Source: Felis catus (Eukaryota). Taken from it: 64,000 nucleotides of DNA. Every line of letters starts with the position of its first letter. The first letter of the stretch is position 1. Shown in pieces: positions 48,021 to 60,824 of this stretch. The position numbers and the translations under genes were made by a program. The notes beneath the pieces are model-generated. The model searched no databases and was not told where the DNA came from. It saw nothing but the letters and a program-made list of their open reading frames with translations. The DNA lies in NCBI RefSeq assembly GCF_018350175.1, contig NC_058369.1, positions 20,090,001-20,154,000 on the forward strand, written 5' to 3'.

Positions 48021-48859
48021 GTTGTCAGCATGCTGCCTTCTTCCTTTCTCGCATCTGGCTCCTGTCTCCACTCTGAAGGCTCTATGTTTGTAGTCCCAGA
48101 AGTCTACCCTAGGGCAGATGTGGGGAATACTCCCTGTCTCGCTTTCCTGCACACTGTCTCTGTTGGCCTTTGCCTTTGTGCCAACTCATTTCCTGTTCTG
48201 TAGAGTGGAGCAGAGATGCAGTAAGAGATTGAAGGGGGGAAATGGAGTATTCCTTCTAGTAGCAGGCTCTCCTAAATGATGTGCACAACAGAATAATTTT
48301 CTTAGAATTTGGTTGTATCTACAAACTAGTTATTTTTGTCCACAACATTTGTATCTAAATGTCTAGCATCAGGAAAAAATGTGATGAGTTAGAATTGCAC
48401 TGGCATTACTGGACAATTAGAAGAGAAACAGCCTGGGGAAACGTCTCGGGAGGGACAGAGAGACAGTTCCCACTCCTCCACCCAGAGTGGACTTCTTACC
48501 CCTGATGGCAGAACACAATAAACAGGTTGCACGGACTCTTCCATTTGGCAGGTGAGAGACTGCAGTGGTTTCCTTGAAGCAAATTCTCTGTGGGAGCTAG
48601 CCAAACGCTAGGGAGGGAAAGGGGAACAGAGAGCAGGCATGTGTTCTGAAGCACTGGGCTTAGAAAGAATGTTCCCTTTGGATCTCCTGTTGAGAGCACC
48701 CTCACTATAGGTAAAAACATGTACCCTGGTATGTCCTGGTAACCCATCCTTCTGACCAACAACTACACAATGCTTGCTATAGGCCTACCCCTGCTTTATG
48801 CACTTTACAAATATTAACTCAGTTAGCAACACTAAATTACATAGTTTTAATGAAGATAA

Positions 48860-49020
48860 TAATAACTGCATAATTTACTGAGCACTTCCTTTACATACTG
48901 GACTTTTTCACTGAAAAGTTTTATGTGCATTCATTCCTCCAATCCTCCTACTAAATCTAGGAATTATAGCTTATTATGCCCATTATTATGCCCATGCTCA
49001 GATAAAACTGAGGTTCATAT
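48860..49020 (-). mobile_element. MIR relic
   Basis: taataataactgcataatttactgagcactt...cagataaaactgaggttca. Confidence 0.6.
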
Positions 49021-49842
49021 ACATGTATATGTTCTACACATATACATTTGTAGAATAATTTCATGTGTCTAGAAATGATTTGAGAGCCAAAAATATTGTT
49101 GTCAAATTTCCATGAGTTTAAAAATATTTGGTCAGCTTCCCTATGCCAAAAATTGCCATAAGATGGTAAAATTCTTGGAGTCCTTAAAACAAGGTCTTCT
49201 TCCATGTTATCCCAGTTGGAACTTGAAGTAATCTTAAAGGCTCATTTTTGTATCCATAAATTTTTACTTATCTTAAAGCCCATAATTCACCTTCTCATAA
49301 AGGTCAGTTTTGACTCTACTTTCCAGAAAGTTATGTCGAACTACTTTGTTCCATCTTCCTGTTCCAGTAACCACATGTAAGCTCTACGAGGTCCCCAGAA
49401 GAATTTTGAAGAAGGGCCATCCCATCTTGGAGCAATATGGGAAGAGCCCACATTCTGCCCAGAGAAGGCCAAGCACCCTGTTCTGAGTAATCCCTTTCAA
49501 CTTCAGTACAATGGCCTGGCAATATATAGTGACAAAGGATTGTGTAGCCAAAAATTTCCTAGGGAAAAATCCGAGACTTGCTGTCTCACTTTGCAATATT
49601 TCTTTGTTATAGGTTAAGGTTTTACCATTAGTCCCATGCTACAGAAGTCTTATTAAAACTCCCAAGCCCTTCAGAAAACTTAGCAGAAAGGAAAACTCAT
49701 TTTCAGGGCCAGAGTTCTCACCTTCCCTTTCATGATCATTGGGGCCATCTCAGACCCTTCCTTCTCTCCTTGCCCTCTGTGGATTGGGGAAACACAGCTC
49801 TTGTGATTAGTTGCACCAAGTGTTTTCTCGGTTGGTCCCCAG

Positions 49843-49941
49843 GGTGAGTATGTGTCCTGCCTTCTCTCGCTGCTCCGCCAGATGTGTGACACCCATTACC
49901 AGCACCTCCTGGACAACTTCCAGAGCAAAGATGAACTCAAG
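49843..49941 (+). CDS. DOCK3: DOCK3 coding exon (~exon 27), GEYVSCLLSLLRQMCDTHYQHLLDNFQSKDELK
   Basis: ggtccccag| ... |gtaggc; 99 nt. Confidence 0.95.
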
Positions 49942-50325
49942 GTAGGCAGCAAACCTACCTCAGAACTGACTTTTCACCCAGAAAAGGAAACATGCAGCTA
50001 AGACTGACCAGGGGCTTTCTCCTGCCAGGGGAGCAAGTACAAGTGACCAGCTCTGCCTAGGGTGAAGGGTTCACCAGCCCCATTTTACAGCTGTGAGTGT
50101 ATGGCTTCCCAAAGCTGAAAGCCAGCAGTGTTCTTACACACCCAGACCTCAGTAACACTGGCAAGTTTTCACTAATAGCAGCCCTGTGACCATGTCCCTA
50201 TATGAGAGACTGCTCTAGGCCATAGTAGCTGTCAGCAAACCAGAATTCTTCCCTTTCTTATGAACTCAACACTCATCTTATATTTTGCCCCTACAAATCA
50301 GACTCTACTGTTTAATAACTATATG

Positions 50326-50326
<1 letters not shown>

Positions 50327-50364
<38 letters not shown>
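50327..50364. repeat. (AAT)n microsatellite
   Basis: Direct inspection. Confidence 0.92.
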
Positions 50365-50365
<1 letters not shown>

Positions 50366-53300
50366 GCAACTTTTCATTAAAATGTATTTCTGGAAGTGAC
50401 CTGTAGAGAGCAAAAGTGAGCACTACCCATTGGCTACAGACTCCAGATCCAGAGCACCAGGGCAGATAGGGCAGAGAAATGGGCCATGATCCAGACAAGG
50501 GAGCATTCCCAAGCTTCCAGTGGTATCACTGCTGACAAACTACTGGGGCTATGTCTTTGCTTTAGAATGTGCTACTAAGTTCATCCCTTGACGAGCAAAC
50601 TATTGCAGATTTTAGTTGTATGCTCTGTCTCCATCCAGAACCACAGCATTTGCATTTCATAATAATGCATTATATTGTTTTTCATTTGCATGACCTTTAT
50701 TAATCACATTGTATCAGTTAATAAGTATTAGGCGTCACTTGCTAGTATTTGATCTTGCCTGCCTTTCCACAGACATGGATCTCTGCAGATTGTTATCATT
50801 AACTCATTGCCATAAGGTCAGCCTATCTTCTTGGAGGGATGAACTTTGATAGCCCTTGAAGTGAGCCAAAAGTTAGCCAGAGCCCAAAGCTCACATCCAA
50901 GTCAAGCAGTGCTTGAGCTGGGGTGTGGAGCCTGAAAATCTAGTGTTGGCTGTTCTAGAGCATTTTCATCACATGTGTTATACTAACTGATTTGCATCCA
51001 AAAGCTCAGGCTAGCATCATTCTCTTACTTTTTAATTAAATGTTTTATTTTTATAACAACAATATATATACATAAATTTTTTATGTTTAAATTTGTCATT
51101 CATTTATTGAAAGCCTGCTGTGTGCAAGCACTATACCCAGAACTTTGTGGGTTTTTAAATTTTTAATTATATAGGGTCTTAAAAGTCAAAACATATTACA
51201 AAGCTTATAACATAAAATGGTCGTTCCCTGCCTCAACCTGACCCATGTCCAATTGCTACTCCCCAAAAGCAGCCACTTTGAACTCTTTTGCTGTTCTTCA
51301 AGTTTCTACTGCCATTTAAAATTTTAACTGTCAAAAAAAGTGATAAATAAAATTTTAACTGTCAGTTATTATCTACTTTCTTCTTCCCATGAAAGATGAG
51401 GGTGATTCTTCTGTATCATTCCTCCTCCCCCCCCCCACACACACACACATACACATCTTTCCTCTCTTTCTTCCAATATAGGTGGTTACTTTATTCCAAT
51501 ATAGTTTGCATACACTCTTGTTTAAATTGGTAATCAACTCTTCTTTATTACAGCTAGGTAAATACTGTGGTGACCCAACTACTATGCTACTACACTTCCT
51601 TTCTTGTAGAACTTTGTTTTTTCCTGGAATTAATTGCTCCTTTTGTTATTTGCATGTTTCTTATTTCCTTTTGGTTTTTAAATCTGGCTAGGCTTTCCTA
51701 CTACCTCTCTGTAATAAATCTCTCCTTCCAGCATTCCTCAAGGTCAAATCTGTTGGGTACTGTCAAGTCACTTTTTTTTTTCCTGGAAACTTGCCCTGTT
51801 TTTATTTGTTTCAGGAAACAAAGTTAGAGACAAAAGTTAGAGACTTTCCTCCTATATGTACAGACTTTTGGATGTCAGTCCTGGGTCTGAAAGTGAAGTG
51901 CTCTGGTGCTACTTAGAAGCTTTATATGTGTGCAAGGCTTGTCTCCAGCAGGCTTCCCTGTAGCTGACTAAAGAGGGTCTGGTCATTGGGTCAGAGCATC
52001 CTCTAATTCCTATAGCTACTGGTGTGTTCTCTTGGGCTTGTTTATTTCCTGAGAGAGGAATCATTTACCCTTCCTAGGGATGGAGTAGCCTGCCAATATT
52101 TGGGGAACCAAATAACACAAAGGGTCTGGGGACCTTCCAGTTTAGCAGGTAAACTTTGTATCGGTGCCTATTTTCATTTTGGCATGTCCACCCTCATATG
52201 TTGCTGTATCCTTGAGAACAGATCTCAGTAATCAGCTACTCCAGAGAGCAGCCCTCAGTCTTCTGACAGGATGGGGAAAGCCTGGTCACCCAGGGACATG
52301 AGATGGCAGAAGGGATCTTAGGGAGACTGTCAATCAATCTTCCTGGTTTTAGCCCTCATATCCCAGTCCCACAGAGGTACCTGGTGATGCCTACAGTTTC
52401 TGAAATCCTTGCTTCCTGTTGCTATCACTTCCAAAGGCTCTTGGCTGTCATCTTTCTCAAGTATATTAAGTCAGTCACCATGAACGCTTTCAAAATTTGT
52501 TCACCTCTTCTGATTACTGTGTTCTTATTTCCTGTTTCCTTTGTCTCTGTGGACATATGTATTTCTTAACTATCATTTTAGAGGATTTGAGCTGAAACAG
52601 AGATGGGAAACATATGCAGTCCACCACACCAAATATAGAGTTCTGTACATATGTTCTTTTTTTCATGACAGCATTATTGAGATATAATTTGCATACCATA
52701 AAATTTACACTTTTAAACTATACAGTTCAGTGTCCCTGATTATATCCCTCTTAAAAGACATCACAAATTAACAAGATCAAGCTAATAATTTATAACTTCA
52801 CACAAAGAAAAGCCCAAGACCAGATGGCTTAATTGGTACATTCTACCAAGTTTTTAAGGAAGAATTAATACCAATCCTTCACAAGCTCTTACAAGAAATA
52901 GAAGAGGAGGGAACCCAACTCATTTTATGAGGTCAGTATTACCCTGACATGGAAACCAAAAACAGACATCACAAGAAAAGAAAACTATAGACCAATATCC
53001 CTTATAAATATAAATGCAAAACCTTTAGCAGCATACTAGCAAACAGAATCCAGGAACATATTAAAAGAAGCATACACCATGATCAAGTGGGATTGAACAC
53101 AGAAATGCAAGGTTGGCTTAATATATGCTAATCAATCAATGTAATACACCATTAAATAGAATAAAGGACCAAAAGAGGATCATCATAATGGATGTTAAAA
53201 AAACACATTTTTTTAAAAAATCCACCAGCCTTTCATGATATAATCATTCAACAAACTAGAAATAGAAGGGAATTTCTTCAGACTGATGAAGGGCATCTAT

Positions 53301-54582
53301 GACAAATCCACAGCTAACATCAGACTTAATAAGAAAAGATTGAATGCTTTCCTCTTAAGGTCAGGAACAAGAGAAAGACATCTGCTCTAACCACTTATAT
53401 TCATTATATTGGAGGATCTAGCTGGAGCATTTAGGCACAAAAAAGAAATAAAAGTCACCCAGGTGAGAAAGGAAGAAGTAAAACTGTGTCCTCAAATGAC
53501 ATGATTTTGTTTACAGAAAACCCTAAGACATCCAAAAAATACTATCAGAAGTAATAAGTTCAGCAAAGTTGCAGGATACACAATTAATATACAAAAATCG
53601 TATTTCTTAGCACTAGCAATGAACAATTCAAAAATAAAATTAAGAGACCAGTTCCATTTATAATAGTATAAAAACAAATAAAATAATTAGGAAAATTAAT
53701 TTTAAAAGACATAAATAAATGAAAAGACACCCCATGTACATAGATTGGAACACTTAATATTGTTAAGACAGTACTTCACAAAGTGATATACAGGTTTTAA
53801 TATAAGACCTCTCCAAGTTTGAGCTGCCATTTTGCAGATGTTGACAGTCTGATCTATAATTCATAGTGGAATGAAAGGGACTCAGAATAGCCAAATGGTC
53901 TTGAAAAAGAAAACAAAATTGAAGGATTCATACTTCCAAGTTTCAAAATTTACAAAAAAATAACAGTAATCAGAATTGGTACTAGCATAAAGATAGACAT
54001 AAAGATCAATGGAATTGGATTGAGAGTCTAGAACTAAACCTTTATATTTAGTCAGTTGATTTTCGATAATATTGCCAAGATAATTCAAAGAGTAAAGCAG
54101 TCATTGCAGCAAATGGTGCTGGGACAATTTGATATCTCTGTGCCAAAAAAAAAAAAAGAAAAGAAAAGAAAAAGAAAAAAAACAGTTGTACCTCTACTTC
54201 ATATCATATTTTAAAAATCAACAGGAAAGGGATCATAGACCTAAATGTAAGAGCTAAACTATAAACCTCTTAGAAGGAAACATAGGAGTGTATCTTTGTG
54301 TCCTTCAGTTTAGCAGTGATTTCTTAGTTATGACACCAAAAGCAAGCAACAAAAGAAAAAACAGATGTAGACTTCATCAAAATTAAAAACTTACGTATTT
54401 CAAAGTATGCCAACAAGAAAGTGAAACAACCCACAGAATGGAAGAAAATACTGAAAAATCATATCTACTAAAGGACTTGCATGTAAAATATATAGAGAAC
54501 TCTTACAACTCAAGAATAAAAAGGCAACTTGATTTCAAAATGAGCAAAGTATTTGAATAGACATTTCCTCAAAGAAGATACA

Positions 54583-55614
54583 GATGGCCAACAGGCATAT
54601 GAAAAGATGCTCAGATGGGGCGCCTGGGTGGCCCAGTCGGTTGAGCCTCCGACTTCATCCAGGTCACGATCTCGCGGTCCGTGAGTTCGAGCCCCGCGTC
54701 AGGCTCTGGGCTGATGGCTCAGAGCCTGGAGCCTGTTTCAGATTCTGTGTCTCCCTCTCTCTCTGCCCCTCCCCCATTCATGCTCTGTCTCTCTCTGTCC
54801 CAAAAATAAATAAACGTTGAAAAAAAATTTTTTTTTAAAAAGAAAAGATGCTCAGCGTCACTCCTTATCAGGGAAATACAAATCAAAACCACACTCAGAT
54901 ACCACCTCACGCCAGGCAGAGTGGCCAAAATGAACAAATCAGGAGACTATAGATGCTGGCAAGGATGTGGAGAAACGGGAACCCTCTTGCACTGTTGGTG
55001 GGAATGCAAACTGATGCAGCCACTCTGGAAAACAGTGTGGAGGTTCCTCAAAAAATTAAAAATAGATCTACCCTATGAGCCATCAATAGCACAGCTAGGA
55101 ATTTACCCAAGGGATACAGGAGTGCTGATGCATAGGGGCACTTGGACCCCAATGTTTATAGCAGCACTTTCAACAATAGCCAAATTATGGAAAGAGCCTA
55201 AATGTCCATCAACTGATGAATGGATAAAGAAATTGTGGTTTATATACACAATGGAATACTACGTGGCAATGAGAAAGAATGAAATATGGCCTTCTGTAGC
55301 AACGTGGATGGGACTGGAGAGTGTTATGCTAAGTGAAATAAGTTATACAGAGGAAGACAGATACCATATGTTTTCACTCTTATGTGGATCCTGAGACTTA
55401 ACAGAAGACCATGGGGGAGGGGAAAGGGGAAAAAAAGGCTAGAGAGGGAGGGAGCCAAACCATAAGAGACTCTTAAAAACTGGGAATAAACTGAGGGTTG
55501 ATGGGGGGTGGGAGGTAGAGGACGGTGGGTGATGGGCATTGAGGAGGGCACCTGTTGGGATGAGCCCTGGATGTTGTATGGAAACCAATTTGACAATAAA
55601 TTTCATATTAAAAA
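54583..55614 (+). mobile_element. Young felid L1 3' fragment nested in the old L1
   Basis: ORF 54921-55394 is nearly identical to the 3444-4628 ORF2 C-terminus; TSD aaagaagataca at 54571-54582 and 55615-55626. Confidence 0.94.
54615..54841 (+). mobile_element. Young CAN-SINE nested in the young L1
   Basis: TSD gaaaagatgctcag at 54601-54614 and 54842-54855. Confidence 0.96.
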
Positions 55615-55884
55615 AAAGAAGATACATAAATTGCCAATACACCCATGAAAAGATGTTTAACATCATTAGTCATTAGGGAAATGCGAGTCAAAACCACAAT
55701 AAGATACCACTTCACATTGAGAGTGGATCTAATCAAAAAGACAAATATTAATTCTAGTTTAAATATTTGGTGGAATTCACCAGTGAAGCCATCTGGTCAT
55801 GCACTTTTCTTAGTGTGAATCTTTTAAATTATTAATTTCATCTCTTCATTTATGATAGGTCTATTCAGATTTTGTTTCATTTTA

Positions 55885-56099
55885 TTATTTTTTTTCCAAC
55901 GTTTATTTATTTTTGGGACAGAGAGAGACAGAGCATGAACGGGGGAGGGGCAGAGAGAGAGGGAGACACAGAATCGGAAACAGGCTCCAGGCTCTGAGCC
56001 ATCAGCCCAGAGCCCAAGGCGGGGCTCGAACTCACGGACCGCGAGATCGTGACCTGGCTGAAGTCGGACTCTTAACCGACTGCGCCACCCAGGCGCCCC
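55885..56099 (-). mobile_element. Young CAN-SINE
   Basis: TSD agattttgtttcatttta at 55867-55884 and 56100-56117. Confidence 0.96.
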
Positions 56100-56495
56100 A
56101 GATTTTGTTTCATTTTAAATGAATTCTGGTTTTTTGTATCTTTCTAAGAATTTTTCCATTTCATTTAGGTTATATAATTTGTTGGTGTACATTTATTTAT
56201 GGTAGTACCTTATAATCCTTTTTAGTTCTGTGCCATTGGTAATGGTGTCCCTTCTTTCATTCCTAATTTTAGTAATAGTGTCTTCTTTCTCTCTTTTTTT
56301 TCCCTCTTTTTTCTTGGGTTTGTCAATTTTGTTGATCTTTTCAAAGAATCAACTTTTGGTTTCATTTTTTGCTCTGTTCTGTTCTCTCTGTTTCACTTAT
56401 TATTCCCTTCTACTTGCTTTATGTTTAGTTTGCTCTTCTTTCTCTAGTTTCTTAAGGTGTAAGGTGGGTTTTGATTTGAGATCTTAACTCTTTTT

Positions 56496-56697
56496 ATTTT
56501 ATTTTATTATTTATTTTTGAGAGGGAAAGAGAGGGAGAGAATGAGCATGAGTGGGGGAGGGGCAGAGAGAGAGAGGGACAGAGGATCTGAAGCAGGCTGA
56601 CAGCAGCCAGCCATTGTGGGGCTCAGACTCACAAACTGTGAGATCATGACCTGAGCCAAAGTCAGCTACTCAACCAACTAAGCCACCCAGGCATTCC
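56496..56697 (-). mobile_element. CAN-SINE
   Basis: Ends aagccacccaggcattcc; degenerate TSD ga(t/c)ctta(a/t)ctctttta. Confidence 0.9.
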
Positions 56698-56869
56698 AAG
56701 ACCTTATCTCTTTTTAATGTAGGCACTATAGCTATAAGTCATAGCTTCATCCCATAAATTTTGATTTGATGTTTTCATTTTTATTCATCTCAAAGTATTC
56801 CTAGTTTCACTTGTGCTTTCTTGTTTAACCCATTGGTTATTTGGGAGTTTATTGTTTAATTCACATATA

Positions 56870-56886
56870 TTTTTTAATTTATTTAT

Positions 56887-56929
<43 letters not shown>

Positions 56930-57155
56930 AAACACTGAAGCAGGGTGAGGGGCAGAGAGAGAGCCCCAAGTAGAGAGAAAGAGAGAGAGCAAGCAAACAC
57001 CGAAGCAGAGTGAGGGGCAGAGAGAGAACCGCAAGTAGACTCCACAGTCAGCTCAGAGCCCAGTGTGGGGTTTGAACTCACCAACCCATGAGATCATGAC
57101 CTGAGTGGAAATCAAGAGATGGATGCTTAACCAACTGAGCCACCCATGCACCCCC
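56870..57155 (-). mobile_element. CAN-SINE with an internal ~65-bp tandem duplication
   Basis: Ends gagccacccatgcacccc; the segment gagc(g/a)agcaaacac(t/c)gaagcag(g/a)gtgaggggcagagagaga..caagtaga occurs twice. Confidence 0.9.
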
Positions 57156-59838
57156 TAATACACATGTGTTTTACTTTCCCAAATTTCCTCCTACTATAGA
57201 TTTCTAACTCCCTTCCATAGTGGTTGAAGAACATGCTTTATATGATTTCATTTCTCTTAAATATATTGAGGCTTTTTTTATGGACTGACATACATTCTGT
57301 CCTAGAGAAGAGAATGCATATATCCTTCTATGTGTATCCTGCTATTGTGGGATGGAGTGTCTTATATGTCTATTAGGTCTAATTAGTCTATAGTATTGTT
57401 CAGGATTTCTTTTTCCTTGCTGATCTTCTATTTAGTTGTGCTATACATTATTGAAAGTGGTATATTGAGGCCTCCAACTACCATTGTTGAATTGTCTATT
57501 TTTCCTTTTAATTCTGTCAGATTTTGCTTCATGTGTTCTGGGGTTCTTTTTTAAATGCATATATGTTAATAATTAAGTCTTTAAAACATATTGGCTCTTT
57601 AGTTATTATAAAATGGTGGGGTTTTTTTGGTCTCTAATGACAGTTTTTGTTAAAGTCTATATTGTTTAATATCAATATAGCCATACCAGCTCTCTTGGGT
57701 ACCATTTTCATTGAGTATATTTCCTATCCTTTTACTGTCAATATATTTATGTCTTTGAATCTAAAGTATGTATCTTGTAGACCACATATAATTGGATAAT
57801 GTTTATTTGTTATCCATCTTTCCATCTCTGCCTTTTGATTAGAATGTTTCATTCATTTACATTTACTGTAATTACCAATAAGTTAGGATGTACATCTGCC
57901 ATTTTGCTGTTTGTTTCATATCTGTCTTATATCTTCTTTGTCCCTCTTTTCCTCCATTTATCCCTTGTTTTATGTTAAATAAATATTTTTAGTGTGCCAT
58001 TTTAATTCTTCATTGTTTCTTTTAGTATATTTTTTAAAGTTATTTTCTTAGTGATTGCCCTGGGAATTACAATTAACATCTTAAAACTATCTACCAATTT
58101 CATTTTATAGTATACAAAACCTTGCTCCAATAAAACTCCAGTTCTTTCCCCTTTTTGTGCTGTTACTGTCATATAAATTACATATTTATATATTATAATC
58201 TCATCAACATAGTTTTATAAATATTGCTTTATGCAGTTGCCTTGTAAATCAAAAAGGAAAAGAGTAAGTGAATTTACATATATACTATCTTCTATATTTA
58301 CCTATATAGTCACCTTTCCTAGTGCTTTATATTTCTTTATATCAATTAAGTTACTTTTATTTAAGTCTGAGAGACTCCCATTAGTATTTCTTATAGGGCA
58401 GGTCTACTAATAAATTCTCACAGTTTTGGGGGTTTTTTTTTACTCTTAAGAATTTTTTTTACATTACATTTTTCTTTACATTAAGAATGTCTTAATTTTG
58501 TCTTCATTTTTGAATGATAGTCTCGCTATCATTAGCGAGATATTCATGTTCATGTTATTTCAGTACTTTGAATATGTCATTCTAATACCTTCTGGCCTCC
58601 ATCATATCTGCTGGTAAGTTACCTATTATTGAAAATCATTTGCACATGATAAATTATTTTTCTCTTGTTGCTTTCAAGATTCTCTCTTTGTTTTTGGCAT
58701 TTGGCAGTTTCACTATGATATGTCTGTATGTAGATTTCTTTGGTCTTATCCTATCTGGAGTTCATTAAGCTGTTTGGATGTGTAATTGGAGTTTTTTCAT
58801 CAAATTTGGGTTAACCAATATTCCTTCAAAAAGTTCTTCAACATCTTCTCCTCTTTTTCTCTCCTCTTTTTCTGATTCTCCTATTATTTGTATGTTTTTA
58901 CAATTGGTGGTGTCCCACAGGTCTCATGCTTTGTTTGTTTTTCTCCATTTTTTTCTTTCTGTTCCTCTGAACAATCTCAGTTGACCTATCTTTTAAATTT
59001 CCTGATTCTTTCTTCTGTCAGTTCAAATCTGCTGTTGAGCTTCTCTAGCAAAATTTACATTTTAGGTATGGTACTATTAAACTCTAAAATTTCTATTTAA
59101 TGCTTTTTAAATAACTTATATCTATTTTATTGATATTCTCTATTTGGTGAGATATTGTCCTTGTACTTTCCTTTAATTCTTTGGCATGGTTTCCTTTAGT
59201 TCTTTGAGGGTATTTATAACAGCTGATTTAAAGTCTTTTCCTAGTAAGTCCAGTATTTGAGCTACCTCAGGTAAAGTTTCTCTTGACTTCTTTTTCCTGT
59301 GTATGGGTCATACTTTCATGTTTAATTTCACATCTTATAATTTTTTTGTTGAAAACTGGAAAATGTAAATAACGTGGCAACTCTGGAAATCAGATCTCAC
59401 CCCACCCCACATCCCAAGATTTGTTGTTGTTGCTTTTTTTTGTTTTGTTGTTGTTATTGATATTTGTTTACTTGCTTGTTTAGTGACTTTCCTGGACTAA
59501 TTCTTTAATGTCTGTATTCTTTGTTGTGTGAAGCCACTGAGGTCTTCATTCAGTTAGCTTAGTGGTCAGCTAACACCTGGACAGAGATTTCCTTAAATGC
59601 CTTAAGCCAATAAGTCTTTGATACTTTGCTAAGTGTCTGTATGCATGTATTGGGTCTCACCTTCAGTGCTCCAGCAGTTTACATTATTGCCTTAGCCTTC
59701 ACTTCCTACTTCTCATAGAGCCACAAAGTCAGCCAGGGTGAGAGATTAGGTTTCTTCGGTCTTTCCTTGGAATATGTACAGCCCTAACATGTGTGTGGAC
59801 TTCCAGATTCCCACGTATATGTCAGAGATTTTCAAAGT

Positions 59839-59840
<2 letters not shown>

Positions 59841-59886
<46 letters not shown>
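59841..59886. repeat. (TA)n microsatellite
   Basis: Direct inspection. Confidence 0.96.
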
Positions 59887-59888
<2 letters not shown>

Positions 59889-60824
59889 TTCCCCAGATTT
59901 TCTTTTAACTCTTCTGGCAATTTTCTTACGTGTTCTGATATGGCCTCTTCATGCAGCTAGGATGTTAAATCCTTATGGCTGATTTTTTTCCCCAATAAAT
60001 GCCCCCAAGTAGAAGGCTCTTCTCATTGAGTAAGCTCTGAACCAGATCGAATAAGCTCTCTGAATGGGAATTTCCTAGGTTGCTGCCAGACAGATAGAAA
60101 AGTTCATAATTTTCTGAGGACGGCACTTTTGAGGGAGCTCCAAAACCATTTTGTCCCTTCTAGTGAATGCTAAGCTGCTGGTTTTCACTACTACTGTAGT
60201 TCTGCAGTTGCTTGTTTTCAAGGATACCGTGGAGGTAGGAAGAAGAAGGGGATAGGAATAGGGCAAATTAAAATGCAATGAAGTCCACTGTTCCTACTAA
60301 GATTCAACCCATTTTTCTTGAATAGCACTCCTTGGATTGTTGTAACTCCTTGCTTAACCTGTCTTTGCCCGTATTCTCATTGCTTTCATATAGGAGCACA
60401 TTTTTGGAGGTCTTCATTCTGCCATTCCTAAAGTGCTTCTCCTGTCAATGTGTTCTTAACATCCACGAAAGCAGATTCTTAGCATCAAGTGCCCAAGGGC
60501 CAGGACTCAAAGAATGAGACCCACAGACCCAGTTGGATACCAGTTCTGATGGGCTGTAACTTTCCCTATGCTTTGGGATTTAGGTACTAGGCTCAGTGGG
60601 TACAGAGCTGCATCTGTTCTACCCAGTTTGGGTCTTCTCCCATCTAGCCTACATCTGACTCTCATGCAGTCCTCTAAAAGAGAAGTAACTCACAAAGGGA
60701 ATCGGAATCTGACCCGCTGATTCCACCCATTCTTATGGTCTAGAGGTCAGGAAAGCCCTGTTGAGGAAATGCATGCTGTAGTAGTAGTGGTGGTATCTCA
60801 CATCAGATTTTCCTCCTGGATCAG

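Larger units (their letters stand above)
52659..60441 (-). mobile_element. Old near-full-length L1 (L1M class) with an internally inverted ORF2 block (~52740-55750 on +) and nested younger elements
   Basis: Antisense 3' end 52659-52735; degenerate sense ORF2 52770-55750; antisense ORF2 N-terminal half, ORF1 and 5' region 55750-60441; degenerate 13/16 TSD at 52643-52658 and 60442-60457. Confidence 0.8.
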
